64,000 nucleotides of DNA from Gracilinanus agilis (lineage: Eukaryota), in assembly GCF_016433145.1 (NCBI RefSeq), contig NC_058130.1, positions 163,124,085 through 163,188,084 of the forward strand, given 5' to 3'. The notes under the pieces are model-generated. The model did no database searches. It was not told the DNA's origin and was given only the letters and a program-made list of their open reading frames with translations. The translations under genes and the position numbers were made by a program. Shown here in pieces: positions 50,171 through 64,000 of the stretch (its first letter is position 1; every line of letters begins with the position of its first letter).

Positions 50171-51949
50171 ACATGGACAAATCCTCTTTAAAGTATCTTT
50201 TGATTCCTCTTTCTCCCTGCTTTAAGACTCTTACTTTCTTAGACTTGTCCTATTGGTTTTTTCCTTTTTCTTTAAGTAAATATCTCTTAGTCTATTGGTT
50301 TATTTTGTTGATACAACGCATAATTTGAATCCAGAGAATCAAATTGCTTAAAAAAAACAACAACACAAAACTCAAAGTTTCCTTGATATCACTAAAAAAG
50401 GTTAATATCTAGGAATATTTTAGGAATTGGAAAAATATTTAGGCATATGTATGTGTGTGTATGTGTTTGTGTGTATGTCTATGGCACAGTAAACACCCTT
50501 TGATTTGGAAATGGATTGGTTAGAGTATGGGGTATGTCTTAGGGTTGTGCCAGAGTCACCTACTATTTGATCGTGAGAGACTTTTCTTAAAATTTTAGTG
50601 TGACCATTTGTTCAGAGTTTGATTTATTGATTAGCTAGACTTAAGAAAGTCATACAGAAAATATTAATAAGGCAAACTGAACTTAAAAATGTGTCATGCA
50701 TACATTTTTCAGAAACTAGCACAGCTCTGTCCTACCCAAATAAGAAAAAACATTTTTCTATGGAACATTTTTTAAAAGTACGACAACTTTATTAAAGTAT
50801 TATATGAAAGTATTATATGTTTTGTGAATTAAGTAACTGATCTTAATAAAATAAGGTAAGAAATTTTAAAATAACATTTTTAGTAGTCCTACATTATGTA
50901 TCATAAATATGAAAGGCCCAAGTTATGCTACCTTTTAAAAAAATTTCACTTAAGATTTGTTCAAATTATTTCATGTTCTGAGTTAATAAGGGATAATAAT
51001 GACGTTTTTGGCAATACCTGAATATGTATTATTCATATACATACCTATCAGTTGTGCATGTGTATGTATGTGTTGTACGTCATTATATTTGTGTAGACAC
51101 ATAGCCAATAGCTGGCATTTCCATGCTAGATAATAAAAGCCAAAACTTGGTTCACTGACAACCAATATTGCTACCATGCTTAGCCAGTAATGAACTAATT
51201 GTTTGACTCTATGGGAGCATTCACCAGTATTTGTCGAATTGAATTGAATCTGAAGCCTTTCTTATCCACGAACATGTGAAGAGAACTCTTTACATTCAGT
51301 TCGGTTCATCAGATTTCCTGGAACATGAGCTAATTATTCAGCACTCTCTGGGCATGGTGGTAGAAGTGGTTTGTCATGAAATAAGAGCAATTCTGAAATG
51401 TAAAAGTACCGTTCTCAGTCTTCTTTGTGGAAGATGGGTTTTGATAGCCAGTTTTTGGCACTGACATAAATCTATTTTTCCAGGTGAATTCTCCATGATA
51501 TAATAGATATGATCCCAAAGATTAAGATTAAATTATTTTTTCAAATAGAATAATATTCCTAAAGGTTATTTGAAAAAAATCATTTTAAGGAATAGTATGG
51601 CAAATCTTTCTGTAAGCTGAACAACTACTTTGAAAATAAATAATTGGTTTTTAATTGATTTATTTTTAAAAGGGCGCATTCTTGCCGATGGATTTTCTTA
51701 AAATGAGACGAATGACGTATGTGTTTAAAATTTCAATGTACTTGGTTAATACTAGTGATTAGAGGTTTTTGCCTACTTGTAAAATTGACCTTTTTTAAAA
51801 TCAACCTTTATTTGCTGTTATATTCTATAAAAATTGACCTGACCTGAAATATGTAGGCATTATTGAATGATGAATTCTTCAATGAGGAATCTGTGCTTCA
51901 ATTAAGGTTCTGTTATCATCCATGTGCCTACCATCGCCATGGAATAAAG

Positions 51950-52165
51950 CAGGACTTTTTAGCTTTTTTATTTATTTTTTTTATATTCTAAAACCCTTTG
52001 GAAGTCTGGTGAAGCCTATGCATGGACCCCTTCTCAGAATAATGACTTTAAAGATATAAAACACATAGAGTTATAAAGGAAACTAATTGTATTGAAAAAA
52101 AGATATAGATGCTTTTCCCTACAAGTTATGGATCTCCTGAAATCTATCCATAGACCAAAAGATTC
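51950..52165. mobile_element. hAT-Charlie-type non-autonomous element
   Basis: ccctttggaagtctggtgaagcctatg...ggaccccttctcagaataatg...ggttaagaacc. Related to 58560-58975. Confidence 0.75.
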
Positions 52166-53663
52166 TAGGTTAAGAACCTGGTTTAGGATTTAGGTAGAGT
52201 AAGAACAACATGAGAACTAGTAGACATTACCTTCCAGCACCTCTATTCAGAGAATGTCTAATGTGTATACCAAACTTTGGACTTCTGATTATGACTTCTT
52301 TTTGAATTTTGATGTGTGTGGGTATAAATTTATGTATATATGTGTATAAATATGTATATGTGTAGGTGGATATATGCATATACATATGCACAGATATCTG
52401 TATGTATGTATGTACGTATATACAGATATAGCAATAGGAGACAGAATGATGAAGGGAAAGACCACTGGACCAGAAGTCAAATGGTCTGCATACCAGTCCT
52501 TGACTCTGCCACTAGCATGTAACCCTTCATGAAACACTGAAGTTTTTATGGGTTTTACTTTTAAATCTGGGCAAGAAACTTGGATTTGTGAAAGTCATTT
52601 GAGAATGTTCCCCCCACCCTTTTTAAAGCATAGAAGACTAGTTTATACCTAGACTTGAAATAACCTATTATCATTTTGCCAGGATCTAGAAATGAACATA
52701 GACATTTAGAAAATAAGATTATTGTCATTTTACCTCTAGGATTCCAATACAAATCCACAATTTATGCAAATGGCATGCTGGCTTTAAATGATCATCTGTT
52801 TTTGCTAGTATGAAATATAAATTTATTATTCTTCATAAATCAGATTAAGCATTAGCAACAACTTCTTCCCTTATATAATTATTTGCATAGTGTAGTATAG
52901 AGAAGGGGTAAGCTTGAAAAAAACTATATGACCCCTTCTCTATACTACAATAGTCTTATCTTCTCAAAACCTCATAAGAGATGGAACCATGTTTTTTTTT
53001 AATCTTTGTATGTCTCATGGTGTCCAGAATAATGCCTTGTGCATAGTAGATGTTCAACAAACATTTGTTAAATAGGTGATTGAGTGACATTGTGCTTTCT
53101 AGTGTTCTGTTCAATTCAGTAAACATATATTTCACACCTACTGTGTGCCAGATACTTAGCTTGGCAGATACAAAGGCAAAAAAGAAACAATTTTTGAAGT
53201 CAAGGACCTTATAGTCTACTGTTCATAATCCACAATGCCATGCTGTTTCTGTCAGTTTCTTTAGAGAGAGAGAAAGAGGGTGTTTCCAGTAATACGTTTT
53301 CTACTTCTGTTCATGGCGATACTTTCAAGAAATAATTTTTTCAGAATTTTGGTGCTTACTATCTTGACTCAATCCAGGTAACACTGAGGGGAGTGTAAGT
53401 CATAAATTAAAAGAAATGTCAGCCAAACCTCTCCCAGGTTCTAAATTTCCTTTGCGATCTGTCAAGGCTTAGTTATCTTTTTAATATGAGTCCAGTGAGA
53501 GGGAGATGGGAGAAGACTGATGGAGACAATGTGTGGGTTTGCAGTGGAGCAGAAAGGATTCTTTCCATGACTTCTTTGAGGAAACCCAATTCAAATTTGA
53601 TGGTGATGCAATAAAAATTTGGTAGTTTTCAAAGTTGCTGGTAAACTGCATACTCTACTCTAA

Positions 53664-54083
<420 letters not shown>

Positions 54084-54914
54084 TGATTGTCAGGTTCCTA
54101 ATAGTAAGTACATTCTTTTGTTGCAAGAGTAAAAGAATCATTGGATTGCAATAAGTAAGTTGTGAGTTTTTTTGTAGCTGTAGGGGAAACATTATAAAAT
54201 ATATCAATTCAATGAACCTTCTTTGAGTGAATTAGAAAATAGGTAGGGTGTATTATCTAGCCTCTTTGTACTCTGAGGGAGCAAATTGACTCATAAAAAT
54301 GGTTGAGCAGATACTTAGCCTGAAGTGATTTCATTAGCAAATAAGGAACTTACTTGGCTAGTCTACTTGAGAGACATTTGCAGTGTTAATCATTACACCA
54401 TCATTTATAGGATGTGAAATTGAGGAGCTTTTGAAGGAGTCATATATAGACGATATCATGGAGAATCTGGCACACTTTGGGGCTATAATCTATGTCCAGC
54501 AATAATGCATTGTCTCTGTTCCTTCTGCTTCATTTAGGGGCATAGAATGATGGACTTATGTCTATCATCTGAAGAATTAAGGCATTTATAAAATGAAGCA
54601 TAAGAATGTGGGAAAGAAAAGTCAAGCACATGAATCTAACAGTTATCTAAGAAGTATCCATTTAGGTAAAGTGAGGCAGAAATGAATGAAAAACTTGGAT
54701 GATATGAGACAGAAGCTAATGGAATCGTAGTTGCAAATAGTGCTATTTGATTAGGAGTGTTTTTGCTGTAAGTAAATATAAACCTGAAAATATAGGTTTA
54801 TAAAACAGATAAATCAGAAATTGGCCATTATTATTACAAGAGAACTTTTTGCATTACTAAAAGTTATAACACGGTGATCCTTTAAATCTTAAGCTTTCTT
54901 TCCACATAAATTCA

Positions 54915-56700
54915 TTTGTTCAACAAACCTTTGATGGATACCTGCTACTTGCAGGACACTGTTCTAGATTATGTGGTAAATCCAATAAGATCATCACCCT
55001 CAATGAGTTTACAGTCCAATAGAACAAATAAGACCTGAGCACAAATAACTATAATACAGAGCAGAATATCTTCGGACATAAAAGAAATACAGAAAGCTAG
55101 TATAAATCAGAGTTCCTTCTAGCTGAAGGTATTAGGGAAGGAATACTGGGGGAGAGGACATTTGAACTAGATCTTGATTGATGAAAAGGAATTGGATAGG
55201 TAGAAATGGACTAGGAGGAATGGCATTTGAAGTAGAATGAAGGTGTGAAAAATGTGGGGCCATATTCCAGGAGTGGTAAGTAGTCCAGTTTAAATGAAAC
55301 ATAGGGGATGTGTAGGGGTGCATAGTGCAATACAAGATGACAAAGGTAGTTTGGAGTCAGATTATGGAGGAAATTGAATGTCAATTCAGTTCAAGAAATA
55401 TTTATGAAGTCACTGTTAGTGTACAGAACACTTTGTTCCAAGAAGGGATAGATACAAAGTTTAGGGAGGACATGGTTTCCTTTCTTCGTGAACTTTACAG
55501 CTAGAACTTTATTCCTTAAGCAATGAGTTGCCATGGAAAATTTATGAGAGAGAGTGGTGACATGAACAGAACCATACTTTCTGGAGTTCAGTCTGGCAGT
55601 AACATGTAGGTTGGATTGGAGCTCAAAGAATAGAGGATAAAGAAAGAGCTGTTAATATATCATTCATATGAGAAGTAGCAGGACCCTGACCTAGGTAGGG
55701 TATGACAGTGAGAATCTGGATAAGCTGACAGATGCAAAAGATACTATTGAGTTGGAATTGAAAGGACTTAGTGACATAACGGAGATGTGGAAAGAGGGAA
55801 GAGTCAAAGGTGTTTCTGAGGTTTTGAGCTTGAGAGCTTTGAAGAGCGCTAGTGCCATTAACCAATTATATGAAAGTCAGTAAGATGAATCATTTTTTGA
55901 GGGTAGATGAATTTGGTTTTTGCATGTTGGACTTGAGATGTCATTGATATTCAGATATCTAACTGGAAAATGGAATTGTGAGTTGAGCTCAAGAGAGAGG
56001 ATGGAGTTCTACTAGATATCACAATTGAAACTAAAGTTGTAGATATGATCCCAAGGACAAGAGTATAGCCAAGGAATAGACTAAGGGAAAAAAAAACCTT
56101 GCTAAATTGAAGGACTGGGAAAAGGAAGGGGAACTAGCAGTGGAGAATGGGAACAGAGTAGTCAGAGGCTGGAAAAGAAATATGAGCATGCACAGTCATG
56201 GAATGAGTGGATGACAAAACATTTATTTAGCACTCACCAGGTATAGAGCATTATACTGAGCACTAAAGCAGGGACCCAAAGGGAGATGATATAGGAAGTT
56301 TTAGTTAAATGGAGAGGCCTCATCTTATGTCATTTCTAATGAAAACCAGCTCTGTTTCTGAGTTGAACTATTTGACAATGGCAAGAGCACCTTTTGGTGG
56401 CAAGCACCTTTCTTTCAGGGTCTTCGGTGGGGCTGTAGCTAGTGTAGAAGAAGGTACTTGCATCTTGACAGTAGGTGTTGTAGGAGAAGAGATTTTCATG
56501 AAGGCAGGACTATTTAGCCGGTCAGATAGTATAGAGAGGCCAAGGAGGATAAGAATTGGATGAACCCTACTGGATTGGGTGAATTTTGAGAGGCTTGTTT
56601 CAATAGAATGAGGAAGAGGTGAAAGCCAGGTTGCTAGGGGTTATGAGAGTCAAGTATAGATTTCTTGTATAGTATAGATAACTAGAAGGGTGGGAAGGGA
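54915..56700 (-). mobile_element. Long decayed L2
   Basis: ttcatttgttcaacaaacc tail followed by purine-rich reverse-complement L2 segments. Confidence 0.7.
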
Positions 56701-57589
56701 AGGAGAGAGGATAATAGGACTTGAGGAAAGTCTTGAGAAAAGGTTTTATTATCCCCACCCTCCACTTAGAGGAGACAGCATGTTTGTGAATAGAGAAGAA
56801 AGAACCAAAGGATGGGGTAAAATCAAAGGTATAAACAGAGGAGGGATAATTGATGGAATAAGGTTCTAGTGGAGGTCTAAAGGCATGTGAGGTTTAAGGA
56901 TTTGGAATAACTAACATTTGTGTAACTTCTTAAAGTTTACAAAGTTTTTTACATATTCTATCTCATTTGACAACATTATCTATATATCTATATTTATATC
57001 TATATATCACAAGCTAAAGAAGAATGCCTTAGTAGTCATTTAAAGTACCCTGATTTATAGCAGTTCTATTTATGCATAACTTTGTTCATCCATTCATTCA
57101 TTTATTTTTTTGCATAACTTCTCAGGCGCACAAATCAAGGTACATCTGTATTTATTTCTCAGATACCTCAGGCAGTTGTCTTTTCCATTAAATCTTCCTC
57201 TCAAGTGAGTTTGGATGGATAACTGCTTTAACAATAGTAAATCTTCTGCTGAATATTTTTTCCTTCTATGTTTGGGGGAACATATTTATAACTGAATCCC
57301 AGATTTTTTATTTATAGCCACTTCCTGTTTAAAAATATTGGGAATGAGACTTACGTGAAGCTTATAATATTGGGGTTAAAAAAACAGTGAGTTTTCTGTA
57401 TGATTTTCCAAGGTGTGAGCCAATATTAAGATAAAGATGAGACAGCCCTCTTCAGAATATATTGTCTGTACAAGGCATGTTGAATAATTAAATAAGAATT
57501 TAATAAATATTACTTTTAAAGTTCTTTTTTACAGCATTGATCATATTAGCACTCCTGTATTTATGCCCTTGTCTTCACTCTGTTTGCCT

Positions 57590-57710
57590 CATTATCCTCA
57601 TCTGTAAAATGAGCTGGAGAAGGAAATGGAAAACTTCTCCTTTATTTTTTTCCAAGAAAAGCCCAGATGGAGTAATGAAGAGTCAGACATGACCGAAACA
57701 ACTGAACAAT
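57590..57710 (+). mobile_element. MAR1 3' half
   Basis: ctcatctgtaaaatgagctggagaaggaaatgg...gaagagtcagacatgaccgaaacaactgaacaa. Confidence 0.8.
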
Positions 57711-58559
57711 TATTATGACAATATTTGTATCCCAATTTTATTGTTAACTTAGTTCATCCTAATCCAGCTAATAATTGAATTTGCTTTTTTTCCCTCAAAA
57801 ATAACTGTTAGTTTTTCAGGCTTCTCTTTAAAAAAATATTTCATTTTCAAATGTATGATAGACTCTTCCTCTTCTCTTCCTTCCTTTCTTCATTTCTTCC
57901 TTCCTTCCTTTCTTCCTTCCTTCTTTTATGAAATATTTCCTGCTGTTTTCAAATTAAAAACAAAGATTCATTCTTACATTTAATTCAGTGGTTCTTTTAA
58001 GCTGAAATCCTAATGTAAATCCCACATGCAGGATGAGGAAACATTTCACCTTAGACTACACCTAGCATCCAGCCTTATGTTTCTTTCTATATATAGCTGA
58101 TAGAATTATATACCAACTCTTGGATTCACTGAGGTGGGAGTATCCACATTAAGCTAAAAATTTCAGATCTCCCTCCTGATATTCACTTCTGTTTATGTGC
58201 CAGAGGGAAACAAAGAAATATATTTTTAAAAAAACTAATAGAAAATGAAATGGATTTCTTGTATTAGTCAACAACAAATATTTATTACATACAAGAAGTG
58301 CCAGGAATTGAAAGAAAGGCAAAGGGTCCCTATCTTCATAAAGCTCATGATCTAATGATATAAGGGCAAATATTATTCTGTATAATCTTTTATAAATCTG
58401 ACATATAAGATCACCAGAAAAGATAGCCAATATTCTAACTTAGATTTATAGAGATAGAATTCTAGCTATCAGCCTGTTGTCCCACAGGATACCATTCATA
58501 AAACAAAAGCAGAATTTCTTGGTTCAGGGCCAGTAAAGACAAAAAGCTTAGCATTTGGG

Positions 58560-58975
58560 TTGAACCTTTTCAGAGCAACAATTCTTATCCTTTTTTGGTG
58601 TCATTTATCCCTTTGACAGCCTCATGAAGCCTAGACTTCTCAGAACAATATTTATAAATTCATATAATAAAATACATAGGATTACCAAGGAAACAGATTA
58701 CATTCAAAATATAAAAATGAAATTCATGGGAGCAGCTAGGTGACTCAGTGGATAGAGAGCCAGGCTTAGAGTCAGGAGGGCTTAGGTTCAAATCTAACCT
58801 CAGATTTTTCCTAGCTCTGAGACCCTGGGCAAAAGTCACTTAACCCAATTTTCCTAGCTCTTACTGCTTTTCTGTCTTAGAACTTATACAGAGTACCAGT
58901 TCTAAGACAGAAGGTAAAGGTTGAAAAACAAAAACAAAAACAAAATTCATGGACCTCAGGTTAAAAACCATTTTA
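58560..58975. mobile_element. hAT-Charlie-type element interrupted by a SINE
   Basis: aaccttttt...ccctttgacagcctcatgaagcct...cataggattaccaaggaaac...[SINE]...ggacctcaggttaaaaacc. Confidence 0.7.
58729..58942 (+). mobile_element. SINE1_Mdo-type SINE (older, full tail) with TSD
   Basis: ggagcagctaggtgactcagtggatagagagccagg head, gttctaagacagaaggtaaagg tail and (AAAAAC)n. AAATTCATG(G) on both sides. Confidence 0.85.
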
Positions 58976-59639
58976 GAGCTTTTAATGCCAAGCCCTTAGT
59001 GTTTTGGATTATATGATATGCCTTAACTACAGTCCTTATTCTGAAGGACTTAATTCTGCCATTTGGAGCTCTACTGAAAGAACTTAAAATTCTGGGGCAT
59101 TAACAGGACCCCAGAGATCAAGGTACTTTCTTCCTTGTCTGGTCTTTGTTGCAAATCTGAGCTATCAACCAGTAATGAGAAGGAAAAGCTTTTTCTTTGC
59201 TCCTGAATTGAACATAGCAGATTCTAAGTTTAGATACTGAACTCTGCTCTTGTGGGCTTTACGTTCTGTTTATAACAGAACACAACTTTCTGTCTCAACT
59301 AGCGGGAGAGAACTGTTGGCTCTCTTTTGGCATTCTGGGATTTTGAAAGACAAGCTAAAATGTCTCACGTGAGTAGCCTGCAGTCCACATCAATCACGTT
59401 CTTTGAGTGTGTGCCATGATAAGGATTGAAGCTAAAAAATTGTAGGGAATAGCCAAATGGAAAGAAGTGGAAAGTATCAGAAATGGGCCAAGAATTATTC
59501 ATTACTTCTAATCCTAATAATAAAGTGGGACTCTGGGGTGTGCATAGTAAGGAACAAATGTTGAAGATGTTACATGTGTTTCTTTTCTTTTTTTTAACTC
59601 ATACTGTCTATCTTAAAATCAATACTGTATATTGGTTCC

Positions 59640-59786
59640 AATGCAGGGGAGCAGTAAGGGGTAGGCAATGGAGATTGAGTGACTTGCCCATGGTCATTCA
59701 GCTAGGAAGTGTCTGAGGCCACATTTGAACCTAGGACCTTCCATCTCTAGACTTTGCTATCAAACCACTGAGCCACCCAGATGCCC
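59640..59786 (-). mobile_element. SINE1_Mdo-type SINE
   Basis: gtgacttgcccatggtc...tttgaacctaggacc...ccactgagccacccagatgcccc. Confidence 0.85.
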
Positions 59787-60769
59787 CCAAGTTTCATGTT
59801 TTTCAAGATGTGTGGTGATGTGGTAGAAAGAGCACTGAAGATTGATCTAGTTTTGAATGCCAGCTCTACCACTTTCTACCCATATGACTTTGAACAAGTC
59901 ATTTTAACTAATATGGGTCCCAGTTTTCTCATCAATAAAAAGGGGATGATGATATCTACTCTACCAGTCTAACAAGATTATTGCAAAAAAAAAAAACTCT
60001 GCAAACTTAAGATGACATATAGATATGGGCTACTATTATTCAGTCTTCTCAGCAGTAGGGGTGGGGCATGGTGTGAATTTCAGGTTTAGAACTGTAATAT
60101 CAGTCAAACAAAAATGTATTTTAAAAATTCAGTCCTAACCCCACTTCAAATATTTGCCCGGTCAAGAAGTTTTCACCTAGTATTTTCCACACTAATCAAT
60201 GTCCTGACCAGTTTGTATCGGTTACAAATAAAAGAATGTAGCTTTAGTGCTGTGGGTCCTGTTTTCAAATTCTGATGTTTTTTATTTGTTTTATTTTTAA
60301 GAGGGCTACATCTTTTTTATGGCTCTTGGATCTGTAAATTGATTATTGTAATGTCCTTGTGAGCAATGACTCTCAGTGGTGAGAAGAAGAGGTTACTTCA
60401 AGTAAACCTGGTGCCAGTTTAATATCACCTGGGGTAGGGCATTGTGAGAGATTTCTCCCCAGTTCTGTTTGGTTTTTTTTTTTTTGTTGTTTTTTTTTTT
60501 TTGAGGACATCAAAGCATTCCGGCTGTTGATAGGTGAGGAGGAGCTATAATGATCCGTTAAGCAGTAGAAGGGGAGGTTCTTGGTTCTCTGAAGATAATA
60601 TCAGTAGCTTTGATCACTCTAAATCTGATTCTTAGAAACAAAAGACAAAGAGGAGAGATGAGATGAACATGCTCTTGCTTGGGGCACAGTTGATGCTACA
60701 AAAACAGTAGTTAAAAATCCTTTGAAGTCTGAGACCTGTAGATATTATCACTGCCAAAAATTCCTACTT

Positions 60770-61170
60770 TCTATTTTCTTTTAATTTTTATTGATTGCTT
60801 TTGTTTTTTTACATCACCTCTGATACCCAATATGTACCTCTCTTTCCCTCCCAGAGTTCTTCTATTCCTTATAACAAAGAATTTTTAAAGGAGGGGAGGG
60901 TTGGTAAATTAACATATCAACTATATCTGGTTTAAGGATGTAGCAGTCCACACCCATATTTTTCAATTAATTTTTTCAATTAACAAGCATTTATTTTCTT
61001 TCCTGTACACCTTCACTTCCCACCCCAAACAAAACCCTTGTAGCAAATATGCATAATAAAGCAAAACAAATTCCCACGTTCCCCAAAGAATGTTTGCTTT
61101 GCTCAACATACTGAGTTCATCATCTCTCTGCCAGGAGGTGGGTAGCATTCTTCATCATCTCCTTTCTCAG
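60770..61170 (-). mobile_element. Two adjacent old L1 3' tails
   Basis: ttttattgattgc...ccttataacaaagaattttt, then ttttcaattaacaagcatttattttc...ctctctgccaggaggtgggtagc. Confidence 0.7.
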
Positions 61171-62260
61171 TTTACCTCTGATAGAATCATAAGACTCAGA
61201 GATGAAAGGGACCATAGAAGCTATCTAGTCCAACCCCATCATTTTACAGATGAAAGCTGAGGCCAAGAGAGGTTAAATGATTTACCCTGAATCACATAGC
61301 TAGTAAGTGTCTTAGTTAAGATTTGAATCCAGGACTTCTTGCCTACTTCACAATAATCATTTGATGATATGTAAGTCACTTGGCTGACACTGGATAGGTT
61401 ACCAGCCTAGTATTGCTTATCTGACAATTGCCTTAGTTCACTTTATTCAATATGTTATTATATTGCTCCTCAAAAGATTATCATTTTTGCTCAGTTGTGC
61501 CTGACTGTTCATGACTCTTTGTGGGGTTTTCTTGGTGTTCTTATAAGGTAGTGTGATACAACTTGGAGCCAGACTTAAATTTAAATTCCATCTCAGTTTC
61601 TTACTACTTCTGTGGCCCTGGGCATGTCATTTAGTCTTTTAGAAGTCGGCTTTCCTCATCTGTAAAATGGGAAAGTTGGGTTAAATGACCTCCCATTTCT
61701 AAATCTCTCCCCTGCTTATAATAAATTGGATTAATCTCATTTAATTAGCACATTTTCTGAACAGAACATTCTACTGTGTGAAGTAAGGAATCAGATAACA
61801 AAGAGAAGAGAAGACTATTCTTCCCTTCAAAAGATTTACAATTTTATGAGAAAAGGAGAATGACAAGGAGCAGAATGATCCTAAATCTAAAAGGTTGCAG
61901 AAATAAATGAGGATAAATATAAAACTTTGGCTCAAATGATATCCATCTTAGTCTAGATTACTCCCTAAGCAGTCTTTCATATTGTGGAAGTTTCTTGGAA
62001 CAAAAGAGCACCTTTATTTTGGGGACTTTATTTTGCCATTAATGAGGATTAAGGGATTCTTCCATTTTTTTTTTGACTTGTGCTGTTATATAAGTATCCA
62101 AAAATAATATCATAGAAGGTAAACATTTCTTTGGGGGAATTTCTCAGCCTAGGTCCCTAAAGAGTCCAGAAAGAATGTTACCTGCTAGTGCGTTTACTAG
62201 CATAGAGGTCAAATAAAGTGAGTAGCTAAACTGAAAAGGACTAACTGCTGATAATGACCG

Positions 62261-62278
62261 CCCCCCCCCCCCCCCCCC
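62261..62278. repeat. C18 homopolymer
   Basis: Direct reading. Confidence 0.95.
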
Positions 62279-64000
62279 GCACACACTCCACCCCAATCTC
62301 ACTCCAGGGTACAGATTTAGTTTATATACCTTTTCAGGCCATCTTAAAGTATGTAGCCAATCAACAACATGCTGTGGCAGGTAAATGAACCCTAAGTAAT
62401 CAATGCATTGTTAGGTTCGCATATTTGGAAAAGAGATTACTGGAATTTATAGCACTTCCAGATCTGATGGTCACAAGGATGTTGCCCCCCGCCCCCAAAA
62501 AAAAGGAAAAAAATTTGGGTCATAAACATGGATTATTTGAGGTGGGTAACAGGGAGGGTCATTGTTAAATGGAGTTTCTAAGTTATATACAACTTTTCTG
62601 GCATGGTGCTGCTCTCCCTTCACTATAGCCATTTGATGATTTGCCCAGCGTTGTTTACCTGATCATTGTCTTGGTCTTGTCTCCCTGAGAGGGTGAGAAT
62701 GTAGAAGCTTGACTTTGCCCCATGGTCATTGATAAAGAAGGAAAAAAAGGAGCATATTCAGAGGAGAAGAAGGTGCTAGAGTGGGTCCACTGAGGGTTCC
62801 ATTCCTGCCTAAGCAGATAATGTACACAGCCATTTTCAGGCCACATAGAAAGACTGGAGGTAATTGTGCATGCCAGACTTAGGGTAGCTGGCTCCATTTT
62901 TTAAACCCAACGAGGAATATCTGTATAGTAGGTATAGTTTAAAAAGCAAAGCTCTTGGCTTGTAATTACGATATACTCACAAGCCAAAGATACTTATTCT
63001 GTGCATTTGGGAATATAAGTATTTAAAATTTTTCTTTTGATATCACTGAGAAAATGCTGTATAGGAAATGAAAGCAACATATTACAGACCAGGTCCACTG
63101 GCTTCACAAAGCTCCTGTGTCTGTTGACTGTTTCTCTGTCTTTGACTTTATTCATTACTAGGACTTTTTAAATGCCACTCAAGACAACATCACTGCCCCA
63201 GAGCTTTTCCTTGAGTTTTAAATATATCTGAGGATATTAAGGGAAAGGGGGAGAGGGAGGAAGAGAGAGGGCGGGAAATTAAAATAAAACAGAAAGTGAA
63301 AGGGGAGAGGGAAAACAGAAGGGAAGAGATGGGGGAGACAGAAAAGGGGGAGAGGAAAAAGGGGGAGACAAAGACAGAGAGAGAGGGGGGAGGGAGGGAG
63401 GAATGTAAGCAAGAATTTGTATATGTGCACAGAGTAAAAGGTGCTTCAAGCTGGTGGAAGCAAGAATGTATGTGTTGAATTCCTTAAGCTGAATTCTTCA
63501 GTTTGTAGATCCTAAGTAGTAGATGACAAGTAGAACATACAGCTGCAGATACAAAAGAGCACGGGTTATTCGAGGTCTCTTCTAAGGCTGTGATGGATCT
63601 TATTTAGCTTACAGGCAAAAAAATACTCGTGCAAGATGAAATTGATCCAAGGGGTGGCTACAATTGGAATTTAATCCTACATATGTTAAAAGTACTTTGG
63701 TGAACATGAAACTTTGTGTGGCTACTGCCTGGAGAATATAATAAGTCAGTGAGCTTGTTCATAGCTCTTTTAAACAGAAATTAATGAAATAGTGAGCATC
63801 AGATTCAGACTCGGGGAGATTGTCCAGAGATAAGTGTCAACCTTCTCTGGTCAAATGCTACTGGCTGTGATATTTCTTCAAGGTTAAAAGCTTCCATAAA
63901 AATGAACAGGAAGGTGATTTTACAGTTAACTAGAAGTACCTAAGTGATCAAAGACTTAAGAACCTAATCCATTCTAAATAGGGTGCCCATACTAATGTGT

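Noticed and set aside
59364-59373. Palindromic E-box CTCACGTGAG
   Set aside because: A single short motif without clustering or conservation data.
60463-60539. Possible micro-exon (T tract, GAG acceptor at 60503-60505, GTGAGG donor at 60534) as the next NTRK2 exon
   Set aside because: It would be 28 nt (or 71 nt from the upstream AG), frame-shifting, with no similarity to the expected short NPNYP-containing exon, which I could not find anywhere in 54064-64000.

Overview
Marsupial genomic DNA, most likely a didelphid opossum (Monodelphis-like, inferred from SINE1_Mdo-type and MAR1 SINEs and marsupial L1s). The + strand carries seven consecutive coding exons of NTRK2 (TrkB): 75, 72, 69, 155, 137, 133 and 306 nt. 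All have AG/GT boundaries and compatible phases. They splice to 947 nt of open frame covering the leucine-rich repeats, the second Cys cluster, Ig1 and the neurotrophin-binding Ig2 domain. The signal-peptide exon and the juxtamembrane, transmembrane and kinase exons lie outside the window. The rest is intron dominated by retrotransposons: a stack of L1s at 1-12.4 kb (including a 5'-truncated copy with a lightly damaged, near-complete ORF2), L2, L3/CR1, CORE-SINEs, hAT MITEs, solo LTRs, a full-length 7SL retrocopy and one 132-N assembly gap. I see no convincing new gene system. The best leads are a 275-bp unit bounded by a perfect 19-bp inverted repeat, QKI-type ACTAAT motifs at the branch points of two symmetric LRR exons, and repeated nesting of hAT MITEs in one SINE family. 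Repeat family names and human TrkB comparisons come from recall and were not searched. Repeat boundaries are approximate unless a TSD or TIR is quoted. Many further decayed MIR/L2 fragments are not listed.
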